Positions 36,895 through 46,728 of a DNA stretch of 64,000 bases are shown here, piece by piece. The position numbers and the translations under genes were made by a program. Origin of the DNA: Alphaproteobacteria bacterium. GTDB lineage: Bacteria > Pseudomonadota > Alphaproteobacteria > RF32 > CAG-239. How positions within the stretch are numbered: the first letter of the stretch is position 1; the number at the start of each line of letters is the position of its first letter. The notes beneath the pieces are model-generated. The model was not told the origin of the DNA and did not search any database. It worked only from the letters and a program-made list of their open reading frames with translations. The stretch lies in the NCBI GenBank assembly GCA_017465945.1, contig JAFTVD010000001.1, positions 41,604 through 105,603 of the forward strand, given 5' to 3'.

Positions 36895-38424
36895 GTGGAC
36901 GAAATAGAATTAAATGCCCTCAATTTCTTAAAAAACAAAGAATACGATAAAGCTGCAAATTTATACTTAAAACTTGCATTAAAATATCCTTCAACAGAAA
37001 AATATTTTATCACCGCAGCTAATTGCTATGACGCAATTGGCGATAAAAAAACAGCTTTAAGTTTATATAAAAAAGCATTAGAAATTAATCCAGATTCTAC
37101 CACCGCATTATTAAATATTTCTACAATATATTATGAAATAAAAAAATATGAAAAAGCATTAAAATTTTCAAACAAAGTTCTAGAAACAAAGCCTGATAAT
37201 TTTTCTGCATTATTAAATATTGCTAACACCTATTATGCAAACAAAGAGTACAATGAAGCACTCAAATTTTATGAAAAATTGTATGAGCTAAACCCAAATT
37301 CATATAATGCTATTGCAAATATTGCTAACACTTGCTATAACCTAAATCAATTTATTAGGGCTATAGAATTTTCTAAAATGGCTATAGAAATGCGTCCCAA
37401 TAGTGTTGAACCATATATTGTTGCCGGAAACTCGTATGCTGAACTATTAAAAAAAGATGACGCAGCCATATTACTAAAAAAAGCAGCCTCAATAGCCCCT
37501 AATTCTGAATGGGTTTGCAATTCTATTGCAAGTTTATTTATGAAAATGGGTAACTATAAACAAGGTCTTGGTTATGCGTGGAGACTATTTTCTCTAAAAA
37601 ATAATATAACCGCAGATGACCATATTAATTTTGGGTACATACTATACGAAGCTCATGATGAAAAGCAAACCCAATTAGTTGACCACTACTTAACTCTATG
37701 GGAAGAAAAATATCCTCAAAATCCTATCGTTCATCATATTTGTTGTGCCCTTCGTAATGTGCAAGAAGTCCAAACCTCGGATCTCGAATATGTAAAAACA
37801 TTATTTGATGGTTTCGCACCTTCTTTTGACAATATATTAACTGAACTTGATTATAGTGTACCACAAAGTATTGCAGAATTTTTAAAAGAAAACTTAAAAA
37901 CTAAGTTATTCAAAAAACAACAAATATTAGATATTGGATGCGGAACAGGACTATGTTCAGAAGAATTAAAAAAAATATTCCCTAATGAAGAATATTACGG
38001 TGTAGATATATCTGAAAAAATGCTAAATGAAGCAGGCAAAAAAAATATATATAAAGAACTATATCAAGACGATATATCAAACTTTTTAACCAAAAACACC
38101 ACTAAATATCAAACAATAATTGCTGGCGATGTTTTAACCTATATGGGCGATTTAAAACCACTCACAAGATTATTAGCCAAATCAATATCTTTTAATGGGT
38201 ATTTATGTTTTTCTATATCTAAAAACACCTATAATAAAAACGAGTATTTTTTAACACCATCGGGACGTTTTGTTCACAATATATCATATGTAATGCGTCA
38301 GCTTAAACATTGTGGTTTTGAGGTTATTAAAACTGAAGAAAAAGTACTACGTCGTGAAGGTGCAAAAGACGTGATTGGCTACATCATCCTCGTAAAAAAG
38401 GAGCTTGAAGTCGTATTCGAGTAA
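36895..38424 (+). CDS. TPR-repeat protein fused to a class I SAM-dependent methyltransferase
   Basis: GTG start 8 nt after AAGGA. The N-terminal half has about 6 TPR units (A..Y.KAL.I.P). The C-terminal half carries SAM motif I, ILDIGCGTGLCSEEL. Confidence 0.8.
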   Translation: MDEIELNALNFLKNKEYDKAANLYLKLALKYPSTEKYFITAANCYDAIGDKKTALSLYKKALEINPDSTTALLNISTIYYEIKKYEKALKFSNKVLETKPDNFSALLNIANTYYANKEYNEALKFYEKLYELNPNSYNAIANIANTCYNLNQFIRAIEFSKMAIEMRPNSVEPYIVAGNSYAELLKKDDAAILLKKAASIAPNSEWVCNSIASLFMKMGNYKQGLGYAWRLFSLKNNITADDHINFGYILYEAHDEKQTQLVDHYLTLWEEKYPQNPIVHHICCALRNVQEVQTSDLEYVKTLFDGFAPSFDNILTELDYSVPQSIAEFLKENLKTKLFKKQQILDIGCGTGLCSEELKKIFPNEEYYGVDISEKMLNEAGKKNIYKELYQDDISNFLTKNTTKYQTIIAGDVLTYMGDLKPLTRLLAKSISFNGYLCFSISKNTYNKNEYFLTPSGRFVHNISYVMRQLKHCGFEVIKTEEKVLRREGAKDVIGYIILVKKELEVVFE

Positions 38425-38431
38425 ATATATC

Positions 38432-39196
38432 TTAACGGCCACTATTCCTGACAGCATCAAGTAAAAGTAAACCACCCGCAATACCTCTGACAATTCTTTC
38501 TGTCTTTTTATTTCTAGGAGGAGTTACATGTCCATGTCTAGGATGAACCCCTCTTCTACTATATGTTGTAGCCTTAGGACATGCACAACGCCCATTATAA
38601 GCATGGTCTAAATGATTATATGGACTATCTCCATCATTATTACCAACTCTTTGCAATTTTACTACATCTTTTAATTCATATTCTCTTATTGCATTAAAAT
38701 CATCTCGCATATTATTAGGCAAAATCACAACTCTATTTGGATCATCTATGTCTTTATAAGCACCGGCATATCCATCAAAACTAACACCATCGCCTACACG
38801 ATTCAAACCTTTTGTCAAATCTAAATCCAATTCTAAATTTGATGCTCTTGCATACTCATTGGCGTTTGCATATTCCCATGGATTTCTAACAACACGACTG
38901 CTCATATTATAGGCTCTAGTATTATTAGTCTCTCTACCATTTAATTGCATTAGTTGTTCAAGTGAAATCTCTCTCACTTGACCAGTTGAGCCATATCTAT
39001 TTTGCCCCGATATTTTAGGAGTAACAAATAGTCCCATCGCCGCAATCGTTGCTATTTTCAAAGCCCTTTTAATATCATATTTTGATACACGAGGAGCCTT
39101 TGCTCTCTTAGAGTTATTTTCCGCTTTAGATTTTTTATAATCTGCCTTTATTTCTTCTAATAATTTCTTTTTAGCATCTTTATCTGTATTACTCAT
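38432..39196 (-). CDS. Hypothetical membrane-anchored protein (254 aa)
   Basis: GAGGAGA RBS. K-rich N-terminus, one TM (ALKIATIAAMGLFV), and a basic His/Arg-rich C-terminus. No family recognised. Confidence 0.6.
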   Translation of the reverse strand: MSNTDKDAKKKLLEEIKADYKKSKAENNSKRAKAPRVSKYDIKRALKIATIAAMGLFVTPKISGQNRYGSTGQVREISLEQLMQLNGRETNNTRAYNMSSRVVRNPWEYANANEYARASNLELDLDLTKGLNRVGDGVSFDGYAGAYKDIDDPNRVVILPNNMRDDFNAIREYELKDVVKLQRVGNNDGDSPYNHLDHAYNGRCACPKATTYSRRGVHPRHGHVTPPRNKKTERIVRGIAGGLLLLDAVRNSGR

Positions 39197-39303
39197 AGCA
39201 CTTCTCCTCTATGCTAATTACCTATATTTATCAATATAATACCATAAAAACACCTCTCTGTCAAATAAAATAAACAGCGCAAAATCAAAACATTAGCCAT
39301 CAC

Positions 39304-40245
39304 CTACATCATTTCTAACGTTTTATCCATATATTCTTTTAACACTTTTGCACTTTTTATAAGCTCATTTTTTTCATATTCCGAAATTGTCGGCATTAAT
39401 ATTTTTTCAACACCATTCTTTCCAATAATTGAAGGCATTGCATAGCATATATCATTAACCCCATCAATATAACTATCATGATGAGAACTTATATTCAATA
39501 TTGCATGACTATCATTTAATATAGCTCTAACAATATGCAAAACAGCTGAAGCTATACCAAAATAAGTAGCCCCTTTCCCTTTTATAATTTCATAAGCAGA
39601 ATTTCTAACATCATTATCAATTTTTTGCTTTATACTACTATCTAAAACAACATTTGTTTCTTTTGCTATACGCTCAACACATGATGTACCCGCAACAGCA
39701 CCACTCCATAGTAAAACCTCACTATCCCCATGTTCACCAATAACATTTGCATGAATAGATTTTGAAGAAATCCCTAATTGCTTACCTAAAATACTCCTAA
39801 ATCTTGCCGAGTCGAGCACCGTCCCTGTTCCAAAGACTCTATTTTTAGGAAAAAAAGAAAGTCTTAAAGCAACCTCTGTCATAATATCAACCGGATTTGT
39901 TGCTATAATTAATATAGAATTTGGAGCATTTTTTGCAATTTTAGGAATAATATCTTTAAATATTTTAACATTCTTATCCAATAAATCTATCCTTGTTTCA
40001 CCTTTTTTTTGATTATCACCTGCCGTAATTATAATAACATCTGAATCCTTCAAATCCTCATATTCTCCAGCAACCACATCTCCACCATCACAAAAAGGCA
40101 AAGCGTGTGATATATCCATAGCCTCAGCCCTTGCTCGTTCTTTATCGACATCAATCAATATTATTTTTTCTGCAACCCCTCCTATTGTTAGTGCATAAGA
40201 AATCACACTTCCAACAAAACCAGCTCCAACAACACCTATTTGCAT
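39304..40245 (-). CDS. ldh: L-lactate dehydrogenase
   Basis: GVVGAGFVG Rossmann motif, ITAGDNQKKGETRIDL (Gln at the substrate-specificity position, as in LDH rather than MDH), catalytic IGEHGDS. Two adjacent ATGs (40248 and 40245). Confidence 0.85.
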   Translation of the reverse strand: MQIGVVGAGFVGSVISYALTIGGVAEKIILIDVDKERARAEAMDISHALPFCDGGDVVAGEYEDLKDSDVIIITAGDNQKKGETRIDLLDKNVKIFKDIIPKIAKNAPNSILIIATNPVDIMTEVALRLSFFPKNRVFGTGTVLDSARFRSILGKQLGISSKSIHANVIGEHGDSEVLLWSGAVAGTSCVERIAKETNVVLDSSIKQKIDNDVRNSAYEIIKGKGATYFGIASAVLHIVRAILNDSHAILNISSHHDSYIDGVNDICYAMPSIIGKNGVEKILMPTISEYEKNELIKSAKVLKEYMDKTLEMM

Positions 40246-40500
40246 CATACCTCCTATGTTATTTTATGAAATTCACACCAAATATAATAGCTAAAATCCA
40301 TAAAATAACCCCTATTCAACATAATTTTTAATATTTTTTACAAAACTTAAGTATTTGAAATATTTAAAAACTCACACTAAAACCATCTTAAAAAGTTGAA
40401 AAGTTAAAAAAAAAGCTTGTCAAATAAATAAATTATGTGTAGCGTTGCCTCAGACATTTAGTCTAAGATTTGTTTTAATATTTTTTAGAGGTTGAATTTA

Positions 40501-40734
40501 ATGACTGATACCGCTGATCGTGTTAAGAAAATTGTTGCTGAACATTTAGGTGTTGAAGAAACAAAAGTAACAGATAATGCAAACTTTATTGATGATTTGG
40601 GTGCTGACAGCTTAGATACTGTTGAGTTGGTTATGGCATTCGAAGAAGAATTCGGTTGCGAAATTCCTGATGAAGCAGCAGAAAAAATTCTTACAGTTAA
40701 AGATGCTATTGACTATCTTTCAAAAGCTGCGTAA
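40501..40734 (+). CDS. acpP: Acyl carrier protein
   Basis: [21 protein letters not shown] with the phosphopantetheine Ser. The ATG at 40501 is preferred over the TTG at 40492. Confidence 0.95.
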   Translation: MTDTADRVKKIVAEHLGVEETKVTDNANFIDDLGADSLDTVELVMAFEEEFGCEIPDEAAEKILTVKDAIDYLSKAA

Positions 40735-40757
40735 GTCTTTGGAATTATCTAAGTTAG

Positions 40758-40788
40758 AACTCGCTAAAAAGTTTTAAGCGAGTTTTTT
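40758..40788 (+). terminator. Partial terminator/attenuator between acpP and fabF
   Basis: AACTCGCT-(11 nt)-AGCGAGTT followed by TTTTT. Confidence 0.6.
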
Positions 40789-40843
40789 CATATAAATTTA
40801 TCTGTTAACACAAAAATACAGATATAAAAAAAGAGGTTATTTA

Positions 40844-42121
40844 ATGAGAAGAGTTGTTGTTACAGGACTAGGAGTTGTTTCTCCTCTTGGTAGAGGTGTT
40901 AAGCATAACTGGGAATCTTTAGTAGCTGGAAAATCTGGTATCCGCCCAACACAAGGTATGGATTTAAAAGATATTCCTGTTACCATTTCAGGCCAAGTTC
41001 CTTTTGGTGAAAACGAACCTGATTTTAATCCAGATACTGTTATTGCCCCTAAAGATCAAAAAAAGAATGATAAGTTCATTTTATTTGGAATGGCTGCAGC
41101 AGATGATGCATTAAAAGATGCGGGTTGGGATAAAGAAACAGCAACAGAAGAAGAAAAAGAACGTGCAGGCGTAATGATGGGTGCCGGAATTGGTGGCCTC
41201 CAAGGCATTTACGAAAATGCAATATCTTTTAATGAATTTGGAATGAAGAAAATTTCACCATTTTTCATCCCTTCTGTTCTCATTAACTTAATTTCAGGTA
41301 ATGTTTCAATAAAACATGGCTTAAAAGGTCCAAACCACGCATGCGTAACAGCTTGTTCAACAGGAACTCATGCTATTGGTGATGCTGCCGCAATGATTGC
41401 TCGTGGCGATGCTGATATGATGGTTGCAGGTGGTGCAGAATCTGCAGTAAACGTTTTGGGTATTTCAGGTTTTGCTCGCATGAAAGCTATCACATCAGAC
41501 TTCAATGACACACCAGAAAAAGCTTCTCGTCCATGGGATAAAGGACGTAGCGGTTTTGTAATGGGTGAAGGTGGTGGAGCTGTTGTTCTTGAAGAACTTG
41601 AGCATGCAATTAAACGTGGCGCTAAAATCTATGCCGAAGTTGTTGGATATGGCATGTCAGGTGACGCATATCACATTACTGCACCTTCTGGTGATGGGGC
41701 ATACAGAGCAATGAAAATGGCAACAGACCACGCTAAAGAAAACGGAGTCGAATTATCTGACATTGGCTATATCAATGCTCACGGAACATCTACTCCTGCA
41801 GGTGACGTTGGCGAAGCTCTTGCTGTTAAACGTTTATTTGGTGATGAAGGTATTAAAAATGTATCAATGTCATCAACAAAATCTGCAATTGGGCACCTTT
41901 TAGGAGCTGCTGGCGCTGTTGAGGCTGTATTTACAATTATGGCAATACAAAATCAAACATGCCCACCAACTTTGAACTTAGAAAATCCAGCTGATGAGCT
42001 AGAAGACTTTGACTTGGTTCCATTAAAGGCGAAAAAAAGAGAAATAAAAGCTGCTATGTCTAACTCGTTTGGATTCGGCGGAACAAACTCGTCTGTTATT
42101 TTCAAAAAATATAATGGCTAA
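40844..42121 (+). CDS. fabF: 3-oxoacyl-ACP synthase II
   Basis: Active-site ACSTG, HGTSTPAGD and GHLLGAAG motifs, ending FGFGGTNSSVIF. Confidence 0.95.
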   Translation: MRRVVVTGLGVVSPLGRGVKHNWESLVAGKSGIRPTQGMDLKDIPVTISGQVPFGENEPDFNPDTVIAPKDQKKNDKFILFGMAAADDALKDAGWDKETATEEEKERAGVMMGAGIGGLQGIYENAISFNEFGMKKISPFFIPSVLINLISGNVSIKHGLKGPNHACVTACSTGTHAIGDAAAMIARGDADMMVAGGAESAVNVLGISGFARMKAITSDFNDTPEKASRPWDKGRSGFVMGEGGGAVVLEELEHAIKRGAKIYAEVVGYGMSGDAYHITAPSGDGAYRAMKMATDHAKENGVELSDIGYINAHGTSTPAGDVGEALAVKRLFGDEGIKNVSMSSTKSAIGHLLGAAGAVEAVFTIMAIQNQTCPPTLNLENPADELEDFDLVPLKAKKREIKAAMSNSFGFGGTNSSVIFKKYNG

Positions 42122-42138
42122 CATTTCAAGGTTATAAA

Positions 42139-43110
42139 ATGAAAATATTAGGGCGCCTCCTTTTTGTAATTTTAATAGCATTACTTTTAGGAGGCGCTCT
42201 TTTTTATTGCATAAAACAAAAATTTGAAACCCCAATTACTATAAAAACGCCAATAGAAATAACCATTCCTAAAGGAACAGGTTTAAATAAAACAGCACAA
42301 ATTCTAGCAACCAATAAATTAATAGATGATGCAAGATGGTTTATTTTATACGCAAGGATGAAAAAAATATCATCACAACTAAAAGCAGGTGAATACTATT
42401 TTAACAATACAACATCAATACAAAATATCGCCCACCGCCTTGTAAAAGGTGACACTATTGTAAGAAGTATAACTATCCCTGAAGGAAAAGCCCTTGTAGA
42501 AATAAAAAAAATCATTCAAGAAAATCCTTTCTTAAAAGATGATATAACCATAGACATACAAGAAGGTGAAATATTACCAGAGACCTATCATTTTAACCGT
42601 GGCACCACAAGAAATGACATAATACTAAAAGCTAAAAAGGCTATGGATGAAAAACTAAATGAAGCACACGCTAAACTTTCTCCAAACAGCCCACTAAAAA
42701 GTAAAAAAGATATCCTAACATTAGCTAGTATCGTTGAAAAAGAAACGGGCATACCTAGCGAGCGCAACCTTGTTGCATCAGTATTCATAAATCGCCTAAA
42801 TATAGGTATGCGCCTACAAACAGACCCAACAGTAATTTATGCTGTAACCAATGGTCAAATGAACCTTAATCGTCCAATATATAAAAAAGATTTGGCATAC
42901 GATTCTCCTTATAATACTTATGTATATCAAGGGCTTCCCCCCACCCCTATTTGTAGTCCAGGAAAAGATGCTATAAATGCTGTAATCACCCCTGCTGAAA
43001 CAAACTTTTTATATTTTGTAGCTGATGGTATTACAGGCGGACATCGTTTTGCATCAACATTATCAGAACATAACAAAAATGTTGCATCTTATCGTAAATT
43101 AAAAAAATAA
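42139..43110 (+). CDS. mltG: Endolytic murein transglycosylase MltG (YceG-like)
   Basis: N-terminal TM. LASIVEKETG..ER..VASVFINRL..GMRLQTDPTVIYA and the YNTY..GLPPTPI motif. Confidence 0.9.
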   Translation: MKILGRLLFVILIALLLGGALFYCIKQKFETPITIKTPIEITIPKGTGLNKTAQILATNKLIDDARWFILYARMKKISSQLKAGEYYFNNTTSIQNIAHRLVKGDTIVRSITIPEGKALVEIKKIIQENPFLKDDITIDIQEGEILPETYHFNRGTTRNDIILKAKKAMDEKLNEAHAKLSPNSPLKSKKDILTLASIVEKETGIPSERNLVASVFINRLNIGMRLQTDPTVIYAVTNGQMNLNRPIYKKDLAYDSPYNTYVYQGLPPTPICSPGKDAINAVITPAETNFLYFVADGITGGHRFASTLSEHNKNVASYRKLKK

Positions 43111-43149
43111 ATATTTTTCATTTGACTTCTGTTTTTTTATAAAATAACT

Positions 43150-43337
43150 TGTCTTTGTATCAGTTGATTTCTGATATGAGGTTTAGAACCCTCTTATGGT
43201 TGTCTACAAAGATGTAAAACTACCTTTTTGCCTACGGCAGGAAGGTAGTAAAATAGGTTTTATAACTAATATACTACACTATTCCATAAATAGGTTCTAA
43301 CTTCCTGCTATCTCTAATCAAGATAGCCATTTTTTTA
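43150..43337 (+). ncRNA. Candidate structured RNA (mltG 3'UTR element, sRNA or leader), unclassified
   Basis: Nested helices found by hand: 43152-59/43205-12, ATCAG/CTGAT at 43159-75, GAGGTT/AACC-TC at 43178-93, and CTACCTT..TGCC-tac-GGCA..AAGGTAG at 43220-48. It ends in GCTATCT-(7 nt)-AGATAGC plus T7 (43307-43336). Confidence 0.35.
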
Positions 43338-43465
43338 TACAAACCTATAATGGAGATATAATGTAATGATTAATTATAAACAGCTAAAAAAACAACCGCG
43401 TCCCCCTTTAAATAGACTTTTCGTATATTATATATAACCCAAAGTTTAATTTAGAGGAGATGGTT

Positions 43466-44326
43466 ATGCCCAAAATATCTGTTTTAACTCCCATATACAG
43501 CCCTCAAGAACTTCATTTAAGAATAGCTATAGAGAGTATTTTAAATCAAACATTTAAAGACTTTGAGTTTATAATACTAAATGACTGCCCTGAAGATATT
43601 AAATCTGAAAGCATTGTATATTCTTATAAAGATGAAAGAATAATCTACCTAAAAAACGAACAAAATTTAGGCATATCTGCAAGTAGAAACAAACTAATAT
43701 CATTAGCAAAAGGCAAATACTTAGCAATATTTGATCATGATGATATAAGCCTACCTTTAAGATTAGCCACACAAAATGAATATCTTGACACTCACAAAGA
43801 CTGTGGAGTTGTTGGTAGCTTTTATACAACAATCTCCAAAAACAAAAACCAAATAAAAACATATCCAATAAATCATGATGAAATAAAAAAAGCTATGTTA
43901 AGTGGAATGTCCGTTCTGCATACATCTTTAATGATACGAAAATCGATATTAACAAAACATAACATATCTTACAAACAACAATTTTTTCCAGCAGAAGACT
44001 ATGCTTTTTGTGGAGATTTGATAGATAAAACAACATTCCATAATATACCTGAAGTACTTGTTAAATATCGAAATCACAAACAAAACACTAGTTCAAAAAA
44101 TTCTGAATTAATGCGCACACAAGATTTAGCTATAAAAAAAATATTACGCCAAAAACACAATAAACTCTGGCAAGAAATAGAAGTAAACAAAACCACAATA
44201 ACTCGCTCTAAATTATTTAATATAATACCCACAATAACAACTAAAGAAAAAGCAAATCTAAAAAAATATTATCTTTTAGGTTTCATCCCTTTTTATACAA
44301 CACGCACCAAAACCACTTATATTTAG
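43466..44326 (+). CDS. Family 2 glycosyltransferase
   Basis: ISVLTPIYS...ESILNQTFKDFEFIILNDC...FDHDD (DxD). The ATG at 43466 lies 6 nt after GAGGAG. Confidence 0.85.
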   Translation: MPKISVLTPIYSPQELHLRIAIESILNQTFKDFEFIILNDCPEDIKSESIVYSYKDERIIYLKNEQNLGISASRNKLISLAKGKYLAIFDHDDISLPLRLATQNEYLDTHKDCGVVGSFYTTISKNKNQIKTYPINHDEIKKAMLSGMSVLHTSLMIRKSILTKHNISYKQQFFPAEDYAFCGDLIDKTTFHNIPEVLVKYRNHKQNTSSKNSELMRTQDLAIKKILRQKHNKLWQEIEVNKTTITRSKLFNIIPTITTKEKANLKKYYLLGFIPFYTTRTKTTYI

Positions 44327-44335
44327 GAGAAAAGA

Positions 44336-46207
44336 ATGTTTGAAAACATTAAATTTTCAATTATTACCATTTGCTATAACGCAAAAGAAGAATTAAATAG
44401 AACCTTAAATAGTATAATTACCCAAACTTATAAAAATTATGAATGTATTGTTATAGATGGCGCATCAGAAGATGATTCCATCGAACTAATAAAACAACAC
44501 CCTGCTATAACTAAATACATATCAGAACCAGATAATGGTGTTTATGATGCAATGAACAAAGGAATACAATTATGTAGTGGAGATTTTCTTATTTTTATGA
44601 ACGCTGGAGATACGTTTTTTAATTCATTTGTGCTAAAAGAAGTAACAATAGCACTAATAAATAATCCCCAATGTCAATTTTTATATGGCGATGCCAATAT
44701 AATACATGAAAACAACACTTCAACTTTTAGAGAATATTGTGAACCTTTAAGTAAATCAAATATTTGCCATCAAAGTATTTTTTATAAAAAAGAATTATTT
44801 GATAAATATGGTAAATACAACACTTCTTTCAAAATAGTTGGAGATTATGATTTCAATTTACGCCTAATTTATAAAAATAAAATTACTCCATACCATATAA
44901 ATATACCAATTTGTAATTTTTATGAAGGTGGATTATCTTCAAATCCCAAATACTCACAAAAGCAAGCAAAAGACGCAAAATTATTAAATAAAATATGGAA
45001 AAATTACAATTCTATACCCTTATCACAATTTCCTAAAATTCAACATATAGATAGTTTGACTAAAATTTCCCTATCATCATATCAAGAAATAAATCAAAGC
45101 TTTCAAAAACGCCTAATTTATCGTTTAGGAGACAATGCAGGCCTCTTTTCAGAAATCAACAATATGATTTTTGCTATGATTTGGTCTCTTGATAAAAACA
45201 TAAAATTTGAACTAAATTCTTTAGAATCAAACATAGGCAATCAAGGATGGAACAATCTTTTTCTCCCCTTTACAAATGAGACATCCAACAATTTCTTAAA
45301 TCAACATAATCATCGCTATCAAAACGAAACTACAAATAATGAAATAATCAGCGAATACAAACAAAAAAATAAAATTAATTTTTTAACACAAGATATTTTT
45401 GAACATTTTTTTGAAAATCAAAAATTTATCAATAAAACATTTGATATAAAGCAATTAGAAATTTCAGGAAATTCTTTTGCCATTGCAAAAAAAATAGCCC
45501 AAATGATTTATAAATTAACCCCTAAAACATCTGAAAGTATAAATAAAATAATATCAAATCTAAACATACCTAAAAATTATATTTCCATGCAAATAAGGGC
45601 AGGAGATATAAAAAAAGAATGCTCATGGCGTCGCCAATCTTTATTAACTGTTTCGCACTACATAAAAAAAATTAAAGACTTAAATCTAGAAACTAAAAAC
45701 ATTTTTATCTTTACCGATGATTACCGCCATGTAAAAAAATTAAAAAGAAAATTAAAAAATTATAATATTTACACCCTATGTTCACCAAAAGAAAAAGGAT
45801 TTAATTACGAGCATTTTATTGTACAATCAAATGCTAATCGTCAAAATGATATATTAAAAATTTTAGCCAATATAGAAATATGCAAAAATTCCTCTCATTT
45901 CATTGGCACAAGAGTATCAAACCCAAGTTGGTTTTTACGTTTAATAATGCCAGAAAACAACATATCATTTGTTGATTGCAACCGCTTATTATGGCAAACA
46001 CAATATAATAAATTAGAAGAATACTCATCAACAAATAAAATTGAAAAAATAACTCTGTTTAAGATCATACCTTTACTAAAAATAATCCATAACCCAAATA
46101 AATTACGTATAAAAATTTTTAATATATTGCCTATTTACAAAATAAAGCGTAATAAACATTACTTATTTGGATTTATACCTTTTTTAGAAAAGAAAGGAGA
46201 ATTTTAA
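44336..46207 (+). CDS. Two-domain glycosyltransferase: N-terminal GT2 plus a C-terminal fucosyltransferase-like (HxRxGD-type) domain
   Basis: The N-terminus has FSIITICYN..SIITQTYKNYECIVIDGASEDDS. The C-terminal ~350 aa carry MQIRAGD and IFIFTDD motifs, reminiscent of the GT11/GT23-type HxRRGD motif. Confidence 0.75.
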   Translation: MFENIKFSIITICYNAKEELNRTLNSIITQTYKNYECIVIDGASEDDSIELIKQHPAITKYISEPDNGVYDAMNKGIQLCSGDFLIFMNAGDTFFNSFVLKEVTIALINNPQCQFLYGDANIIHENNTSTFREYCEPLSKSNICHQSIFYKKELFDKYGKYNTSFKIVGDYDFNLRLIYKNKITPYHINIPICNFYEGGLSSNPKYSQKQAKDAKLLNKIWKNYNSIPLSQFPKIQHIDSLTKISLSSYQEINQSFQKRLIYRLGDNAGLFSEINNMIFAMIWSLDKNIKFELNSLESNIGNQGWNNLFLPFTNETSNNFLNQHNHRYQNETTNNEIISEYKQKNKINFLTQDIFEHFFENQKFINKTFDIKQLEISGNSFAIAKKIAQMIYKLTPKTSESINKIISNLNIPKNYISMQIRAGDIKKECSWRRQSLLTVSHYIKKIKDLNLETKNIFIFTDDYRHVKKLKRKLKNYNIYTLCSPKEKGFNYEHFIVQSNANRQNDILKILANIEICKNSSHFIGTRVSNPSWFLRLIMPENNISFVDCNRLLWQTQYNKLEEYSSTNKIEKITLFKIIPLLKIIHNPNKLRIKIFNILPIYKIKRNKHYLFGFIPFLEKKGEF

Positions 46208-46626
46208 TGCCTCCAAAAGTATTTGTATCAGGTTGCTTTGATGTATTACATAGCGGTCATATTCGTTTTTTTGAAGAAGCTTCCCAATACGGAGATTTAT
46301 ACGTTTCTATCGGTTCTGATGAAACCATAAAAAAACTAAAAAATAGAGAAACATTATATAATGAAAATGAGCGTCTATATATGGTTTCATCTATAAAGTA
46401 TGTTCATAAATCCTTTATAGCCAAAGGTTCAGGCATTTTAGATTTTATGGAAGAGCTAAAACAAATTAAACCAGATATATTTTTTGTAAATTCCGATGGC
46501 GACAGTAAAGAGAAAAGGAATTTTATAGAAAACTTAGGTATCAGATACATTGTTTCAAATAGAATACCTAAAGAACTATTACCTATTCGTTCAACAACTT
46601 CAATTAGAAACATCTTAAAAAAATAA
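46207..46626 (+). CDS. Cytidylyltransferase-family nucleotidyltransferase (TagD/RfaE-domain-II-like)
   Basis: VFVSGCFDVLHSGHIRFF (the GxFDxxHxGH motif). The start overlaps the upstream stop (TAATG). Confidence 0.8.
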   Translation: MPPKVFVSGCFDVLHSGHIRFFEEASQYGDLYVSIGSDETIKKLKNRETLYNENERLYMVSSIKYVHKSFIAKGSGILDFMEELKQIKPDIFFVNSDGDSKEKRNFIENLGIRYIVSNRIPKELLPIRSTTSIRNILKK

Positions 46627-46728
46627 CCATTATTTTAAACACCTTATCAACGGATAAAAAAAATATACTTTACATCTTAAAACTTTCCTTTTATCATCAC
46701 AAAATAAAGTGATCCGGAGGGTAAAAAC

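Noticed and set aside
43150-43337. The structured region after mltG considered as SRP RNA, 6S RNA or one piece of the alphaproteobacterial two-piece tmRNA.
   Set aside because: It lacks the SRP helix-8 motif (GGAA tetraloop with AGCA/GGA loops). It has no T-arm-like GGTTCGA element and no tag reading frame. It also lacks the long closed 6S-like duplex with a central bubble. It remains unclassified.
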